This document shows positions 46,648 to 55,314 of a stretch of 55,314 bases of DNA, piece after piece. Below the pieces are notes generated by a model. The model saw only the letters and a list, made by a program, of their open reading frames with translations, was not told the DNA's origin and made no database searches. The translations under genes and the position numbers were made by a program. The stretch is from Gemmatimonadaceae bacterium (GTDB lineage Bacteria > Gemmatimonadota > Gemmatimonadetes > Gemmatimonadales > Gemmatimonadaceae), in assembly GCA_025453855.1 (NCBI GenBank), contig JALOPO010000001.1:1-55314 (forward strand). Direction: 5' to 3'. How positions within the stretch are numbered: position 1 is the stretch's first letter; every line of letters begins with the position of its first letter.

Positions 46648-46667
46648 GGCTTTATCCACCGTAAAGA
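46648..46667. promoter_or_regulatory. Second copy of the A/T-rich dyad (GGCTTTATCCACCGTAAAGA)
   Basis: Its reverse complement TCTTTACGGTGGATAAAGCC matches GCTTTACGAACGATAAAGCG at 44668. It lies 50 nt upstream of the gene at 46718. Confidence 0.55.
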
Positions 46668-46717
46668 CACCGGCTGCCGTCCCGGGCGGCCGGCACGAGC
46701 ACCCCGACTCCACGTCC

Positions 46718-47554
46718 ATGCCCCACCAGTCCCGTCGTCTCGCCCTGGTCGCTGCCGCCCTGCTCTCCGCGAGGGCGTCGCTCGGCGCGCAGACCGACTA
46801 CTTCAACACCGACGCCGGCCGCCCGCTGACCATCGAGGACGCGTACGCGCTCGAGCGACGGTCCATCGAGATCCAGGGCGCCCCCCTGCGCCTCGAACGC
46901 ATCCGCGGCGGACAGTACCGCTGGGGGATCGAACCCGAGCTGTCCGTCGGCCTCTTCCCGCGCACGCAGATCGAGATCGGTGTCCCACTGGTGTTCGTCG
47001 ACGACCCGTCGCGCGGCGACCGGCGCGCGGGTGCGGCGGGCGTCGACATGTCGGTGCTCTACAACCTCAACCGCGAGACGAGTCTCCCGGCGTTCGCCGT
47101 CGGCGTCGGGGCGCTGCTCCCCGCGGGCTCGCTCGGGCCGCGTGATCCGTACGGCAACGCCAAGGTGGTCATGACCCGCACCTTCCCCGCGTTCCGCGTG
47201 CACGCGAACGCGCAGGCCACGTTCGGCCCGCGCCTGTCGCTGCCGGCTGGGTCGCCCGATCCCGTGGGCGGCAACACGCTCGAGCTCTCGCGCTGGCTCG
47301 CGGGCGTCGCGGTCGACCGCACGCTGCCGCTCCGCTCGATGCTGCTCGCGGCCGAGGTCTTCGCCCGCGCGCCGCTCGTGCGCGGGCAGCCGCTCGAGTG
47401 GAACGCGGGCGTCGGCACGCGCTGGCAAGCCAACGTGCGCTGGGCGATGGACGCCGGCGTCGGTCGTCACCTCACCGGCGACGACCGCGGCTGGTACCTG
47501 ACGCTCGGCGGCGCCTACGCGATGGGCTGGCCGTGGCGCCCCGCGCGACGCTGA
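46718..47554 (+). CDS. Outer-membrane beta-barrel protein (MetA-pathway/transporter-like)
   Basis: Signal peptide LALVAAALLSARASLGAQ. Alternating beta-strand pattern with an aromatic-rich C-terminal strand. Confidence 0.55.
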   Translation: MPHQSRRLALVAAALLSARASLGAQTDYFNTDAGRPLTIEDAYALERRSIEIQGAPLRLERIRGGQYRWGIEPELSVGLFPRTQIEIGVPLVFVDDPSRGDRRAGAAGVDMSVLYNLNRETSLPAFAVGVGALLPAGSLGPRDPYGNAKVVMTRTFPAFRVHANAQATFGPRLSLPAGSPDPVGGNTLELSRWLAGVAVDRTLPLRSMLLAAEVFARAPLVRGQPLEWNAGVGTRWQANVRWAMDAGVGRHLTGDDRGWYLTLGGAYAMGWPWRPARR

Positions 47555-47592
47555 GACGCCGTCCCCTTCCTTCGACTTCCGAGAGACGTTCC

Positions 47593-49218
47593 ATGCGCCG
47601 CATCCGTCGACTGTCCCACCAGCTCGTCGCCGCGCTCGTCGTGGCGGTGCTGCCGACCCGCGCCGCGACGGCGCAGTGGTCGCAGGTCTACGAGCAGTTC
47701 TACCTGCAGGCCCCGCACAACTGGACCTTCCGCACCGAATACTCGCATGCGGATCGCCTCTTCAACGCCTTCGACTACGGCCACGCGATCCTCTACGAGA
47801 CGCTGTGGCGGAAGCCCGACGCGCCCGCGTCGCGGCTCGAGGAGAAGGAGTACGCGTTCCTCGTCAACCGCGTGCTGGTGCGCCCGCCGCGCAACCCGCT
47901 CGAGGAGGCGGCCATCGAGCCCATGTATGCCCGGCTCGCCCCCGAGGCGAAGATGATGTTCGACTGGGCGCACGTGCTGCACCGCCAGCTCTACGACGTG
48001 CTCGCCGACGAGCGGCTCGACCGGGCGGCGAAGGACCGCGAGGTGCAGCGGATCATCGCGTACTACAAGTCGCGCCCGGACCTGGCCTTCAGCTCGCGGC
48101 CGAAGAGCATGGCGCTGATGCAGGAGCAGCCGTACTCGCTCGCCTTCCGGAAGCGGTACCCGAAGTTCAATGGCCTCATCTGGGGCTACCACTGGCTGCA
48201 GATCGGCCTCTACGAGCCGCTCGTGACGGGGACGACGCGCGAGGCCCGGCAGGCCGGGGTCCGCGCGACGGTGTCGCGCTTCTTCCAGATGCTGCAGGAC
48301 GCGCCGACGCACATGCCGCACCAGATGCCGATGACGCCGGCGGTCGCCCCCGCGTTCGCGGCGCGGTACCCGGAGGCGGGGATCATCTTCGACAACCTGC
48401 ACAGCATGCACGACGTGGTGAGCGACATCCTCACCAACCCGGCGGTGCCGCGCGACCGGAAGCGCGCGGAGATCCTGCGGGCGGCGCGGCTCTTCAAGGA
48501 CGACACGTCGTACGTGATGGGGTCGACCGAGGCGTGGGTCCGCATGTCGCAGCACATGGGGGTCGAGAACATGGGCGGGCCGGCGGTGGGCTTCCTGCCG
48601 TCGATGCCGACGCCCACGGTCACCTACGGCGCCGTGATGACGCACGACGACCGCACGGGGGAGATGACGGGGTTCAAGTACGGGTCGGCGACGGGCGGCG
48701 ATCATGCGGCGCACGGGGCGCCCGTATCGGGCGGTGCCGGCGCCGATGCGCACGCGGGCCACGGGGCAGCGGCGCCGGTTCCGGCACCGGCCGGCGGGCA
48801 CGAGGGACATGCGATGCCGGCGGCGCCGAGCGCGCCGACCGCTCCCGCGGCGGCCGCAGCGGCCGCGTTCCAGCTCCGCATGCTCGGTGACTCGCTCATC
48901 CGCGCGCGGGTGATGGCCGACACGGCGATGCACCGGCTGGCCATGGAGGCGATGCAGGCGATGCCGCCGGAGCAGCGGGCGGAGGTGATGCAGCGCATGC
49001 ACGGGGCCGGGCACGATCACGGCGCGATGCACGGCGCCGCCGGTGCCGCGACCTTTACGCCACCGTCGCGCCGCGGCGCCACCCCGCGCCCGCGTCGCAC
49101 CCCGAAGGCCGCGGCCCCCGGCGGCACGACGCCGCGGGCCGGCGTGTCGAAGCCGGCGGTCCCGACGCCGGCACCCACCCGTGACCCGCACGCCGGTCAC
49201 GGGACGCACCGGCCCTGA
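47593..49218 (+). CDS. Secreted 541-aa protein of unknown function with four His-containing helix repeats and a His/Met-rich tail
   Basis: Signal peptide LVAALVVAVLPTRAATAQ. Repeats FDYGHAILYETL, FDWAHVLHRQLYDVL, WGYHWLQIGLYEPL and FDNLHSMHDVVSDIL. Tail segments GDHAAHG..DAHAGHG..GGHEGHAMP..MHGAGHDHGAMHG. Confidence 0.6.
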   Translation: MRRIRRLSHQLVAALVVAVLPTRAATAQWSQVYEQFYLQAPHNWTFRTEYSHADRLFNAFDYGHAILYETLWRKPDAPASRLEEKEYAFLVNRVLVRPPRNPLEEAAIEPMYARLAPEAKMMFDWAHVLHRQLYDVLADERLDRAAKDREVQRIIAYYKSRPDLAFSSRPKSMALMQEQPYSLAFRKRYPKFNGLIWGYHWLQIGLYEPLVTGTTREARQAGVRATVSRFFQMLQDAPTHMPHQMPMTPAVAPAFAARYPEAGIIFDNLHSMHDVVSDILTNPAVPRDRKRAEILRAARLFKDDTSYVMGSTEAWVRMSQHMGVENMGGPAVGFLPSMPTPTVTYGAVMTHDDRTGEMTGFKYGSATGGDHAAHGAPVSGGAGADAHAGHGAAAPVPAPAGGHEGHAMPAAPSAPTAPAAAAAAAFQLRMLGDSLIRARVMADTAMHRLAMEAMQAMPPEQRAEVMQRMHGAGHDHGAMHGAAGAATFTPPSRRGATPRPRRTPKAAAPGGTTPRAGVSKPAVPTPAPTRDPHAGHGTHRP

Positions 49219-50600
49219 TGCGTCGCCGTCGCACGTCGCTCGCCGTCGCGCTGCTCGTCGCGGCGGCGTCGCGCCTCGAGGCGCACGACCACCTGCGTGC
49301 GTCGACGCCGCGGGAAGGCGAGACGGTCGCGACGGCGCCGACGGCGATCCGCCTGCGCTTCGCGTCTCGTGTCGATCCCACGAGTGCGCACGTGACGCTC
49401 GCCGACGGGGCCGGGCAGGCGTTCGTGCTTCCCGTCGCGCCGGCGCATCCCGACACCGTCGCCGTCCTCGTGGCGACCGTCCCGGCGGGCGCGGCGCCCG
49501 GGGCATGGCGTGTGGCGTGGCGCATCGCGGGGCGTGACGGCCATCCGGTGACGGGTACCCTCCGCATCACGGTGCGGGCGAGCGCACCGGTCGACACGCC
49601 GCGGTGGTCGGCGAGGCCGACGCCGAACGCTGCACCCGCCGACGAGGACGCGTCGCCGGCCTTCGACGCCGGGGCGCCGCTCTACGTGCTCGTGCGCTGG
49701 GGCAGCTACCTCGCCCTGCTCCCGCTCGTCGGCGCCTTCGCGCTGCTGCTCGTCGTCGTGCCACGACTCGCGACCGATGACCGCGAAGCGATGGCCACGA
49801 ACGTCGCACGCGTCGGTCGCGTCGCCGCCGTCGCGCTCCTCGGTGTCGCCGCCGCACGCCTCGTCGCGCAGTCCGTGTCGCTGCACGGTGCGGCAGGTGC
49901 GCTCGACCCGGCGAGCATCGGGAGCGTGCTGCGGTACACGACGTGGGGATGGGCGTGGATCGGACAGGTGGCGGCCGTCGCGCTCGCACTGCTCGTGCTG
50001 CGGCGCCGTCCTCCCACGGGCGCCGTCACACGGGTCGGCGGCATCGTCGTCGCGTCGGCGCTCGGCGTCGCGAGTGCGGCCTCCGGCCATGCCGTGGCGA
50101 GCGAGGCGGGGACGGCGCTGCTCGTGACGGCGGATGCACTCCACACCCTCGGGGCAGGTGCGTGGCTCGGGGCACTCGGTGTACTGCTGGTGGTGGCCGT
50201 GGCACCGGCGCGCCATGACGCTGCCGGCGTCGCCGCCGTCGTCCGTGCGTTCGCCCCTCTCGCGCTCGGGGGCGCCGCGGCACTGGTCGTCAGCGGGGGC
50301 GTGCTCGCGTGGCATCACGTGGGCTCGCTGGCGGCGCTCACCGGTTCCACGTACGGCTGGCTGCTGCTCGGCAAGCTCGGAGTGCTCACCGGGATCGCCG
50401 CGCTCGGAGCCATCAACTGGCGTCGCCTCGGGCCGGCGCTGCCGTCGGCGCCCGCGGTGCGCCTCCTGCGGCGCAGCGTGCGTGGCGAACTCGCCCTGGG
50501 GGCGCTGCTGCTGCTCGTGACCGCCGTGCTCGTCGCCACGCCCACGCCACGCGAAGTCTCCGCAGACGACGCGGCCGCCATCGGCATCGCACCACCGTGA
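49218..50600 (+). CDS. CopC-CopD fusion protein (YcnJ-like)
   Basis: The N-terminal CopC fold begins AHDHLRASTPREGETV and ends ..WRIAGRDGHPVTGTLRITV. About 8 TM CopD helices follow. Confidence 0.8.
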   Translation: MRRRRTSLAVALLVAAASRLEAHDHLRASTPREGETVATAPTAIRLRFASRVDPTSAHVTLADGAGQAFVLPVAPAHPDTVAVLVATVPAGAAPGAWRVAWRIAGRDGHPVTGTLRITVRASAPVDTPRWSARPTPNAAPADEDASPAFDAGAPLYVLVRWGSYLALLPLVGAFALLLVVVPRLATDDREAMATNVARVGRVAAVALLGVAAARLVAQSVSLHGAAGALDPASIGSVLRYTTWGWAWIGQVAAVALALLVLRRRPPTGAVTRVGGIVVASALGVASAASGHAVASEAGTALLVTADALHTLGAGAWLGALGVLLVVAVAPARHDAAGVAAVVRAFAPLALGGAAALVVSGGVLAWHHVGSLAALTGSTYGWLLLGKLGVLTGIAALGAINWRRLGPALPSAPAVRLLRRSVRGELALGALLLLVTAVLVATPTPREVSADDAAAIGIAPP

Positions 50601-50640
50601 CGTTCGACCGCACCCGCCACGCCGCACTCGAGGACGGACG

Positions 50641-52878
50641 ATGACGCTGCCACACGACCATGGGTCGCACGCGGGACACGGACCGGGACACGAGCACGCG
50701 CGCCACGCAGCGCCGCCCGCACCGGCGCAGGGTGCCGACCAGCCGCACGCCGCGCACGACGGCTCGTCGGCGGAGACGAGCGCGAGCCTGCACCACGGCG
50801 CGCACGGGGCGCGCGATGCCGGGCGCGCCGGCGCACACGCGAGTGCCGCCGCCGGCGGGATGGCGGCCCACGCCGACGCACACGCCGACCATGGCGCGCA
50901 CGCCGGGCACAGCGTCGCGATGTTCCGGCGACTCTTCGTGATCTCCCTCGTGCTCACCGTGCCGACGCTCGTCTGGGGGCACATGCTGCCGACGGCACTC
51001 GGCGTCCACCCGCCGCGCGTCCCGGGCGCGGCGTGGCTCCCGGCGGTCTTCGGCACCGCCACCTTCGTCGTGGGCGGGCGACCGTTCCTGGGTGGTGCGG
51101 TGCGCGAGCTGCGCGCGCGGCTCCCCGGCATGATGACGCTGATCGCGCTCGCCATCGGCGTGGCGTTCGTGTTCAGCATCGCCGTGACGCTCGGCTTCCC
51201 CGGCATGCCGCTCTGGGAGGAGCTCGCCACGCTGGTGACGATCATGCTGCTCGGGCACTGGCTGGAGATGCGGTCGATCTCGCAGGCGCAGGGGGCGCTC
51301 GGCGAGCTGGCGCGCCTCCTCCCCGACACGGCGGTGCGGGTGACGGGAGGCGGGGGGCTGGAACGTGCCGAGACGGTGCCCATCGCCGCGCTGCGGGTCG
51401 GCGACGTCGTGCTGGTCCGGCCGGGGGCGAGCGTGCCCGCCGACGGGACGGTGCGCAGCGGCACGAGCACCGTCGACGAGGCGATGATCACCGGCGAATC
51501 GGCGCCGGTCGACAAGGCGCCCGGCACGCCGGTGATCGCCGGCACGATCAACGGCACGGGGGCGCTCCGGGTCGTGGTCACGGGAACGGGCGACGCAACG
51601 GCGCTCGCCGGGATCATGCGCCTCGTCGCCGATGCGCAGGCGTCGCGCTCGCGCGCGCAGGCACTCGCGGACCGGGCGGCGTACTGGCTCACCTTCATCG
51701 CGCTCGGCGCCGGCGTCGCGACACTCGTCGCGTGGCTCGCGGCCGGGGCGTCGCCGGCGTACGCCATCGAGCGCTTCGTCACCACGCTCGTCATCGCCTG
51801 TCCGCACGCGCTCGGGCTCGCGATCCCCCTCGTGCTCGCGATCTCGACGACGCTCGGCGCGCGCGCCGGGCTGCTCGTCCGCGACCGGCGTGGCCTCGAG
51901 GAGGCGCGGTCACTGACGGCGGTCGTATTCGACAAGACGGGCACGCTGACGCTGGGCGAGCACCGCGTGGTCGCGATGCGCACCGACGGCTCGCTCGACG
52001 ACGACGCGGCCCTCGCGCTCGCCGCCGGTGTGGAGCGGGACGCCGAGCATCCGGTGGCCCGCGCCATCGTGCGCAGCGCCGAGGCGCGCGGGGTGGCCCT
52101 TGCATCGTCGTCGGCGTTCGAGGCGATCCCGGGGCGTGGCGTGCGCGCCCAGGTGGGTGGGCGGCGTCTGGCCGGCGGTGGCCCCAACCTGCTCGCGGCG
52201 TTGGGCGTCACGCCGACGCCGCCGTTCGTCGCGTTCGCGCAGGAGGCGGCGGCGCGGGGGCAGGGCGTCGTGTATCTGGTGGACGAGTCGGACACCCCGA
52301 CGGTGCGGGCGGCGTTCGCGGTCGCCGACGCCGTGCGCCCGGAGTCGGCCGAGGCGGTGCGCGCACTGCACGCCGAGGGGATCGAGGTGGTGATGCTCAC
52401 GGGCGACGCGACCGCGGTCGCCGAAGGCGTCGCGCGCGACCTCGGCATCGACACCGTGCTCGCCCAGGTGCTGCCCGAGGAGAAGGCGGCGCACATCGCC
52501 GCACTGCAGCGGCAGGGGAAGCGCGTCGCCATGGTGGGTGACGGCGTGAACGACGCCCCGGCGCTGGTGCAGGCGGACGTGGGCGTGGCCATCGGCGCGG
52601 GGACAGGGGTGGCCGTGGAGGCCGGGGACGTGGTGCTCGTGCGCAGCGATCCGCGCGACGTGCCCCGCATGATCCGCCTGAGCCGCGCGTCGTACCGCAA
52701 GATGATCCAGAACCTCTGGTGGGCGACCGGCTACAACGTCGTCGCCATCCCGCTGGCCGCCGGAGTGCTCGCCCCCTGGGGCGTCGTGCTCACGCCGGCG
52801 ATGGGGGCGGTGCTCATGTCGGTGAGCACCGTGGTCGTCGCCATCAACGCCCAGCTCCTGCGCCGCCTGCGGCTGTGA
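50641..52878 (+). CDS. copB: CopB-type (P1B-3) copper ATPase with His-rich N-terminus
   Basis: CPH motif in LVIACPHALGLAIP, plus DKTGTLT and GDGVNDAPAL. The N-terminus reads HDHGSHAGHGPGHEHARH...HADAHADHGAHAGH. Confidence 0.9.
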   Translation: MTLPHDHGSHAGHGPGHEHARHAAPPAPAQGADQPHAAHDGSSAETSASLHHGAHGARDAGRAGAHASAAAGGMAAHADAHADHGAHAGHSVAMFRRLFVISLVLTVPTLVWGHMLPTALGVHPPRVPGAAWLPAVFGTATFVVGGRPFLGGAVRELRARLPGMMTLIALAIGVAFVFSIAVTLGFPGMPLWEELATLVTIMLLGHWLEMRSISQAQGALGELARLLPDTAVRVTGGGGLERAETVPIAALRVGDVVLVRPGASVPADGTVRSGTSTVDEAMITGESAPVDKAPGTPVIAGTINGTGALRVVVTGTGDATALAGIMRLVADAQASRSRAQALADRAAYWLTFIALGAGVATLVAWLAAGASPAYAIERFVTTLVIACPHALGLAIPLVLAISTTLGARAGLLVRDRRGLEEARSLTAVVFDKTGTLTLGEHRVVAMRTDGSLDDDAALALAAGVERDAEHPVARAIVRSAEARGVALASSSAFEAIPGRGVRAQVGGRRLAGGGPNLLAALGVTPTPPFVAFAQEAAARGQGVVYLVDESDTPTVRAAFAVADAVRPESAEAVRALHAEGIEVVMLTGDATAVAEGVARDLGIDTVLAQVLPEEKAAHIAALQRQGKRVAMVGDGVNDAPALVQADVGVAIGAGTGVAVEAGDVVLVRSDPRDVPRMIRLSRASYRKMIQNLWWATGYNVVAIPLAAGVLAPWGVVLTPAMGAVLMSVSTVVVAINAQLLRRLRL

Positions 52879-52985
52879 GCACTGGTCCCGGGACCGCCCC
52901 CGTCCCAGACTCCGTGCCGACTGCGCCGGCTGCCGACGCTCGTCCGCCGATCCCTGCGTCATCCGACCGCCCGCTTCGTCCGTCC

Positions 52986-53795
52986 ATGACCGCCACGCGC
53001 TCGCCCAGCCTGACGTACCGCGCCCGCCGCCTTCACCGCTGGCTCGGGCTCCTGATCGGTATCCAGTTCCTGCTCTGGACCGTGGGTGGGCTCTACTTCT
53101 CGTGGGTCGACCTCGACGACGTGCATGGCGATCATCTCGTCCGGCCGGCGCCGATGGTCGACGTGACGGGCGTCGCGACCACGCCGGCCGCGGCGGTCGC
53201 TGCGCTCCGTGCGCGCGAGCCGGTGTCCTCGGTGACGAGCGTCGACCTCGCGATGGTGGCCGGGGCGCCGACCTACCGCATCGTCGCGACGGTCGACGAC
53301 GGGCGCGGGGGCACGCGGCGGATCCGGCGGCTGGTGGACGCGCGCACGGGTGCCGTGCGCGGGCCGCTCACGCGCGACGAGGCGGTGCGGGTGGCGCAGG
53401 CGGCGTACACGGGCACGGCACCGGTGCGTCGCGTCAGCCTGCTGACGGCCGACTCGGTCTCGCCGCACCACGAGTTCCGCGAGCAGCCGCTCCCCGCGTG
53501 GGCGGTGCGGTTCGGCGATGGCGAGGGCGCGACGGCGTACGTGCCGGCCGAGGTGGGGCAGGTGCTCCGCATCCGCAACGACAGGTGGCGCCTCTTCGAT
53601 TTCCTCTGGATGCTGCACACCATGGACTACAAGGGGCGCGACGACTTCAACAACCTGCTGCTGCGCGCCTTCTCCGTGTTCGGCCTCGTGACCGTCGCTT
53701 CGGGGCTGACGCTCTTCGCGCTGACGTCACCGACGCTGCGTCGCCGGCGGGGTATGCGACCGGCGACGGGCGGTGCCCCCGTCACGACCGCGTGA
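52986..53795 (+). CDS. PepSY-associated TM protein
   Basis: RRLHRWLGLLIGIQFLLWTVGGLYFSW at the N-terminus and ..DFLWMLHTMDY..NLLLRAFSVFGLVTVASGLTL at the C-terminus. Confidence 0.65.
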   Translation: MTATRSPSLTYRARRLHRWLGLLIGIQFLLWTVGGLYFSWVDLDDVHGDHLVRPAPMVDVTGVATTPAAAVAALRAREPVSSVTSVDLAMVAGAPTYRIVATVDDGRGGTRRIRRLVDARTGAVRGPLTRDEAVRVAQAAYTGTAPVRRVSLLTADSVSPHHEFREQPLPAWAVRFGDGEGATAYVPAEVGQVLRIRNDRWRLFDFLWMLHTMDYKGRDDFNNLLLRAFSVFGLVTVASGLTLFALTSPTLRRRRGMRPATGGAPVTTA

Positions 53796-53835
53796 TCGAC
53801 ATCCGTCCGTCCTCTCACCACCTGCGAGGGTCCCG

Positions 53836-54342
53836 ATGACCACCCGTTCCCGTCTCTTCGTCGCCAGCGCACTCCTCGGCCTGTCGGCGCCGCTCCAGGC
53901 GCAGTCGGCCCGTTCCGCGGATGTCCGCGCGGCCGAGGCGGCGGTGCGTGCCGTCTTCGCCGCCGGCGAGCGCGGCGACCTCGCGGCGCTCGACACGCTC
54001 TACGCCGGCGACAGCCTCACCATCGTCGAGGGCGCGGGCATCAATCGCGGCTGGAGCGACTATCGCGACCATCACCTCGGGCCCGAGCTCAAGGAGATGA
54101 AGAACTTCCGCTACCGCCCCTTCGAGATCGAGCCGCGCGTGCATGGCGACATGGCATGGGTGACGTTCCGGTACGCGCTGCAGGCCGACATGAACGGGCG
54201 GGCGGTGGACGCGCTCGGGCGCGGCACGATGATCCTCGAGCGGCGGGGGCGCGGCAGTGCGGCGCGCTGGGTCGTGCGCCATTCGCAGACCGCTTCGCGA
54301 GCGCGGCGCGCGGGCGATCCGCCGATGCCGGCGGGTGCCTGA
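53836..54342 (+). CDS. Secreted SnoaL/DUF4440-like (NTF2 fold) protein
   Basis: Signal peptide, then AAVRAVFAAGERGDLAALDTLYAGDSLTIVEG, typical of NTF2-like domains. Confidence 0.5.
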   Translation: MTTRSRLFVASALLGLSAPLQAQSARSADVRAAEAAVRAVFAAGERGDLAALDTLYAGDSLTIVEGAGINRGWSDYRDHHLGPELKEMKNFRYRPFEIEPRVHGDMAWVTFRYALQADMNGRAVDALGRGTMILERRGRGSAARWVVRHSQTASRARRAGDPPMPAGA

Positions 54343-54384
54343 CCGACCATGTCACGCCGGCCCACCACGTCACACACACCGACC

Positions 54385-55239
54385 ATGTCGCGTCACGCCC
54401 GCGTGCTCGGTTCTGCCTCCGCCGTGCTCCTCGCCGGCGTGGCCGCCGTCGCGTCCGCCCACGACTTCTGGCTGGTGCCCGACGCGTTCCAGCTCGCGCG
54501 TGGCGGCACGCTCGCGGTCGAGGGGCGCACCAGCAGCAACTTCCCCGCGAGCCTGTCGGCCGTGACGACGGATCGCATCGCGTCCGCGGAGGTGATCGGG
54601 GCGGCGGGGCGCGAGCGGATCGGCGTGGTGGGGCAGGGGCCGTCGGTGCTGCGGCTCCGCCATCGGCCATCGGCGCGCGGGCAGTACGTGGTGGCGGTGC
54701 AGCTGCATCCGCGGAGCGTGCGCGAATCGGCGGCGGGGTTCCGGCACTATCTCGACGTCGAGGGCGCGCCGGACGCGCTCGCGCGCGTCGACCGCGAGGG
54801 GCTTCTCGCCGGGCGGGACAGCGTCACGCGCCGCTACGCCAAGTACGCGAAGACCATCGTCGAGGTGGGCGAGGGCGGGCGTGCGTGGCGCAGCGAGGCG
54901 GGACACCCGCTCGAGTTCGTGCCGGCGTCGGACCCGTCGCGGTGGCGCGCGGGCGACACGGCGACGGTCGTGCTCCGGTACCGTGGGACGCCGCTCCCCG
55001 GGATCCGGGTCCACGTCGACCAGGCGACGTGGCCGGCGATGGAGGCGGTGGCGGCGCGGCAGGTGAAGCCGCGGACGGTGGAGCTGCGGACCGATGGGGC
55101 GGGCCAGGTGATGGTGCCGCTCGACCGCGGGGGGCTCATGGCCGTGCGCACGATCCATGTGGTGCAAGCCGCGCAGGGGAGCGGGGCCGACTGGGACACG
55201 CACTGGGCGACGCTAGTGTTCCGCGCGGCGGCTCGCTGA
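54385..55239 (+). CDS. DUF4198 (NikM/CbiK-like periplasmic metal-binding) protein
   Basis: Signal peptide ending ..VASAHDFWLVP, the hallmark mature N-terminus HDFWL of DUF4198. Confidence 0.65.
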   Translation: MSRHARVLGSASAVLLAGVAAVASAHDFWLVPDAFQLARGGTLAVEGRTSSNFPASLSAVTTDRIASAEVIGAAGRERIGVVGQGPSVLRLRHRPSARGQYVVAVQLHPRSVRESAAGFRHYLDVEGAPDALARVDREGLLAGRDSVTRRYAKYAKTIVEVGEGGRAWRSEAGHPLEFVPASDPSRWRAGDTATVVLRYRGTPLPGIRVHVDQATWPAMEAVAARQVKPRTVELRTDGAGQVMVPLDRGGLMAVRTIHVVQAAQGSGADWDTHWATLVFRAAAR

Positions 55240-55314
55240 GGTAGCGGCGGTCGAGCGAGACGGCGGGCTTCCGCTGACGCGCGTGCGAGCCGGCGCTGGA
55301 GCGTGGCGTGGTCG

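Noticed and set aside
49197-52700. 1167-aa antisense ORF across copCD and copB. Similar giants occur at 34022..37285, 30957..33395 and 38951..42151, and in the first ~650 codons of 32273..34621.
   Set aside because: They are antisense or out of frame relative to genes with unmistakable family motifs. Their sequences are low-complexity Arg/Pro/Gly. These are high-GC open-frame artefacts. Only the last 129 codons of 32273..34621 (the DUF411 protein) are real.

Overview
This 55.3-kb window is about 70% GC and looks entirely accessory. It comes from a diderm bacterium, since it encodes a TonB-dependent receptor, two tripartite RND pumps and outer-membrane barrels.

Layout:
- 25-98: tRNA-Pro(GGG), followed directly by a large tyrosine-recombinase-like gene. 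This is the left edge of an integrated island. No second att copy is visible, so the right edge lies outside the window.
- 0.3-12.2 kb: island backbone. It holds HTH proteins, a sigma-70/ECF-like factor, a ClpX-like AAA+ ATPase, an OB-fold/HD nuclease-like protein, a second giant recombinase-like gene, and a KfrA-like coiled-coil protein. Short DNA repeat arrays flank the KfrA-like gene.
- 12.3-20.5 kb: two tandem MerR-family regulators with recognisable ZntR-type and PbrR/CadR-type operator-promoters. They sit with an unannotated 41-aa peptide (14 Cys), a TonB receptor / HMA-CDF / methyltransferase operon, a duplicated operator with a merR relic, a hydrolase, and a frameshifted czcO-like gene.
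- 20.5-26.4 kb: an IS5-family IS, an orphan three-gene cassette (TIGR04255-like / XRE-HTH / unknown), a CX5R mini-protein and IS3 relics.
- 26.6-37.4 kb: ArsR/SmtB regulator, His-rich protein, czcCBA, DUF411 protein and an SPC/HEGST P1B ATPase.
- 37.8-55.2 kb: cusCBA with small accessory genes, a BlaI/BlaR1-like pair, copZ, a beta-barrel, an unknown 541-aa His/Met-rich protein, a copCD fusion, a CopB-type ATPase, a PepSY-TM protein, an NTF2-like protein and a DUF4198 protein.

Best candidates for new biology:
1. The MerR-coupled Cys-rich micro-ORF.
2. The BlaI/BlaR1-like pair, whose protease has a Cys/His tail, together with a shared 18-bp operator-like motif.
3. The metal-sensor-controlled TonB receptor plus domain-truncated CDF operon.
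4. The 541-aa four-repeat His protein.
5. Two uncharacterised cassettes: AAA+/HD, and TIGR04255-like/HTH/unknown.

All family calls come from motif reading and recollection. No database search was run. Coordinates of non-ORF features may be off by 1-2 nt.
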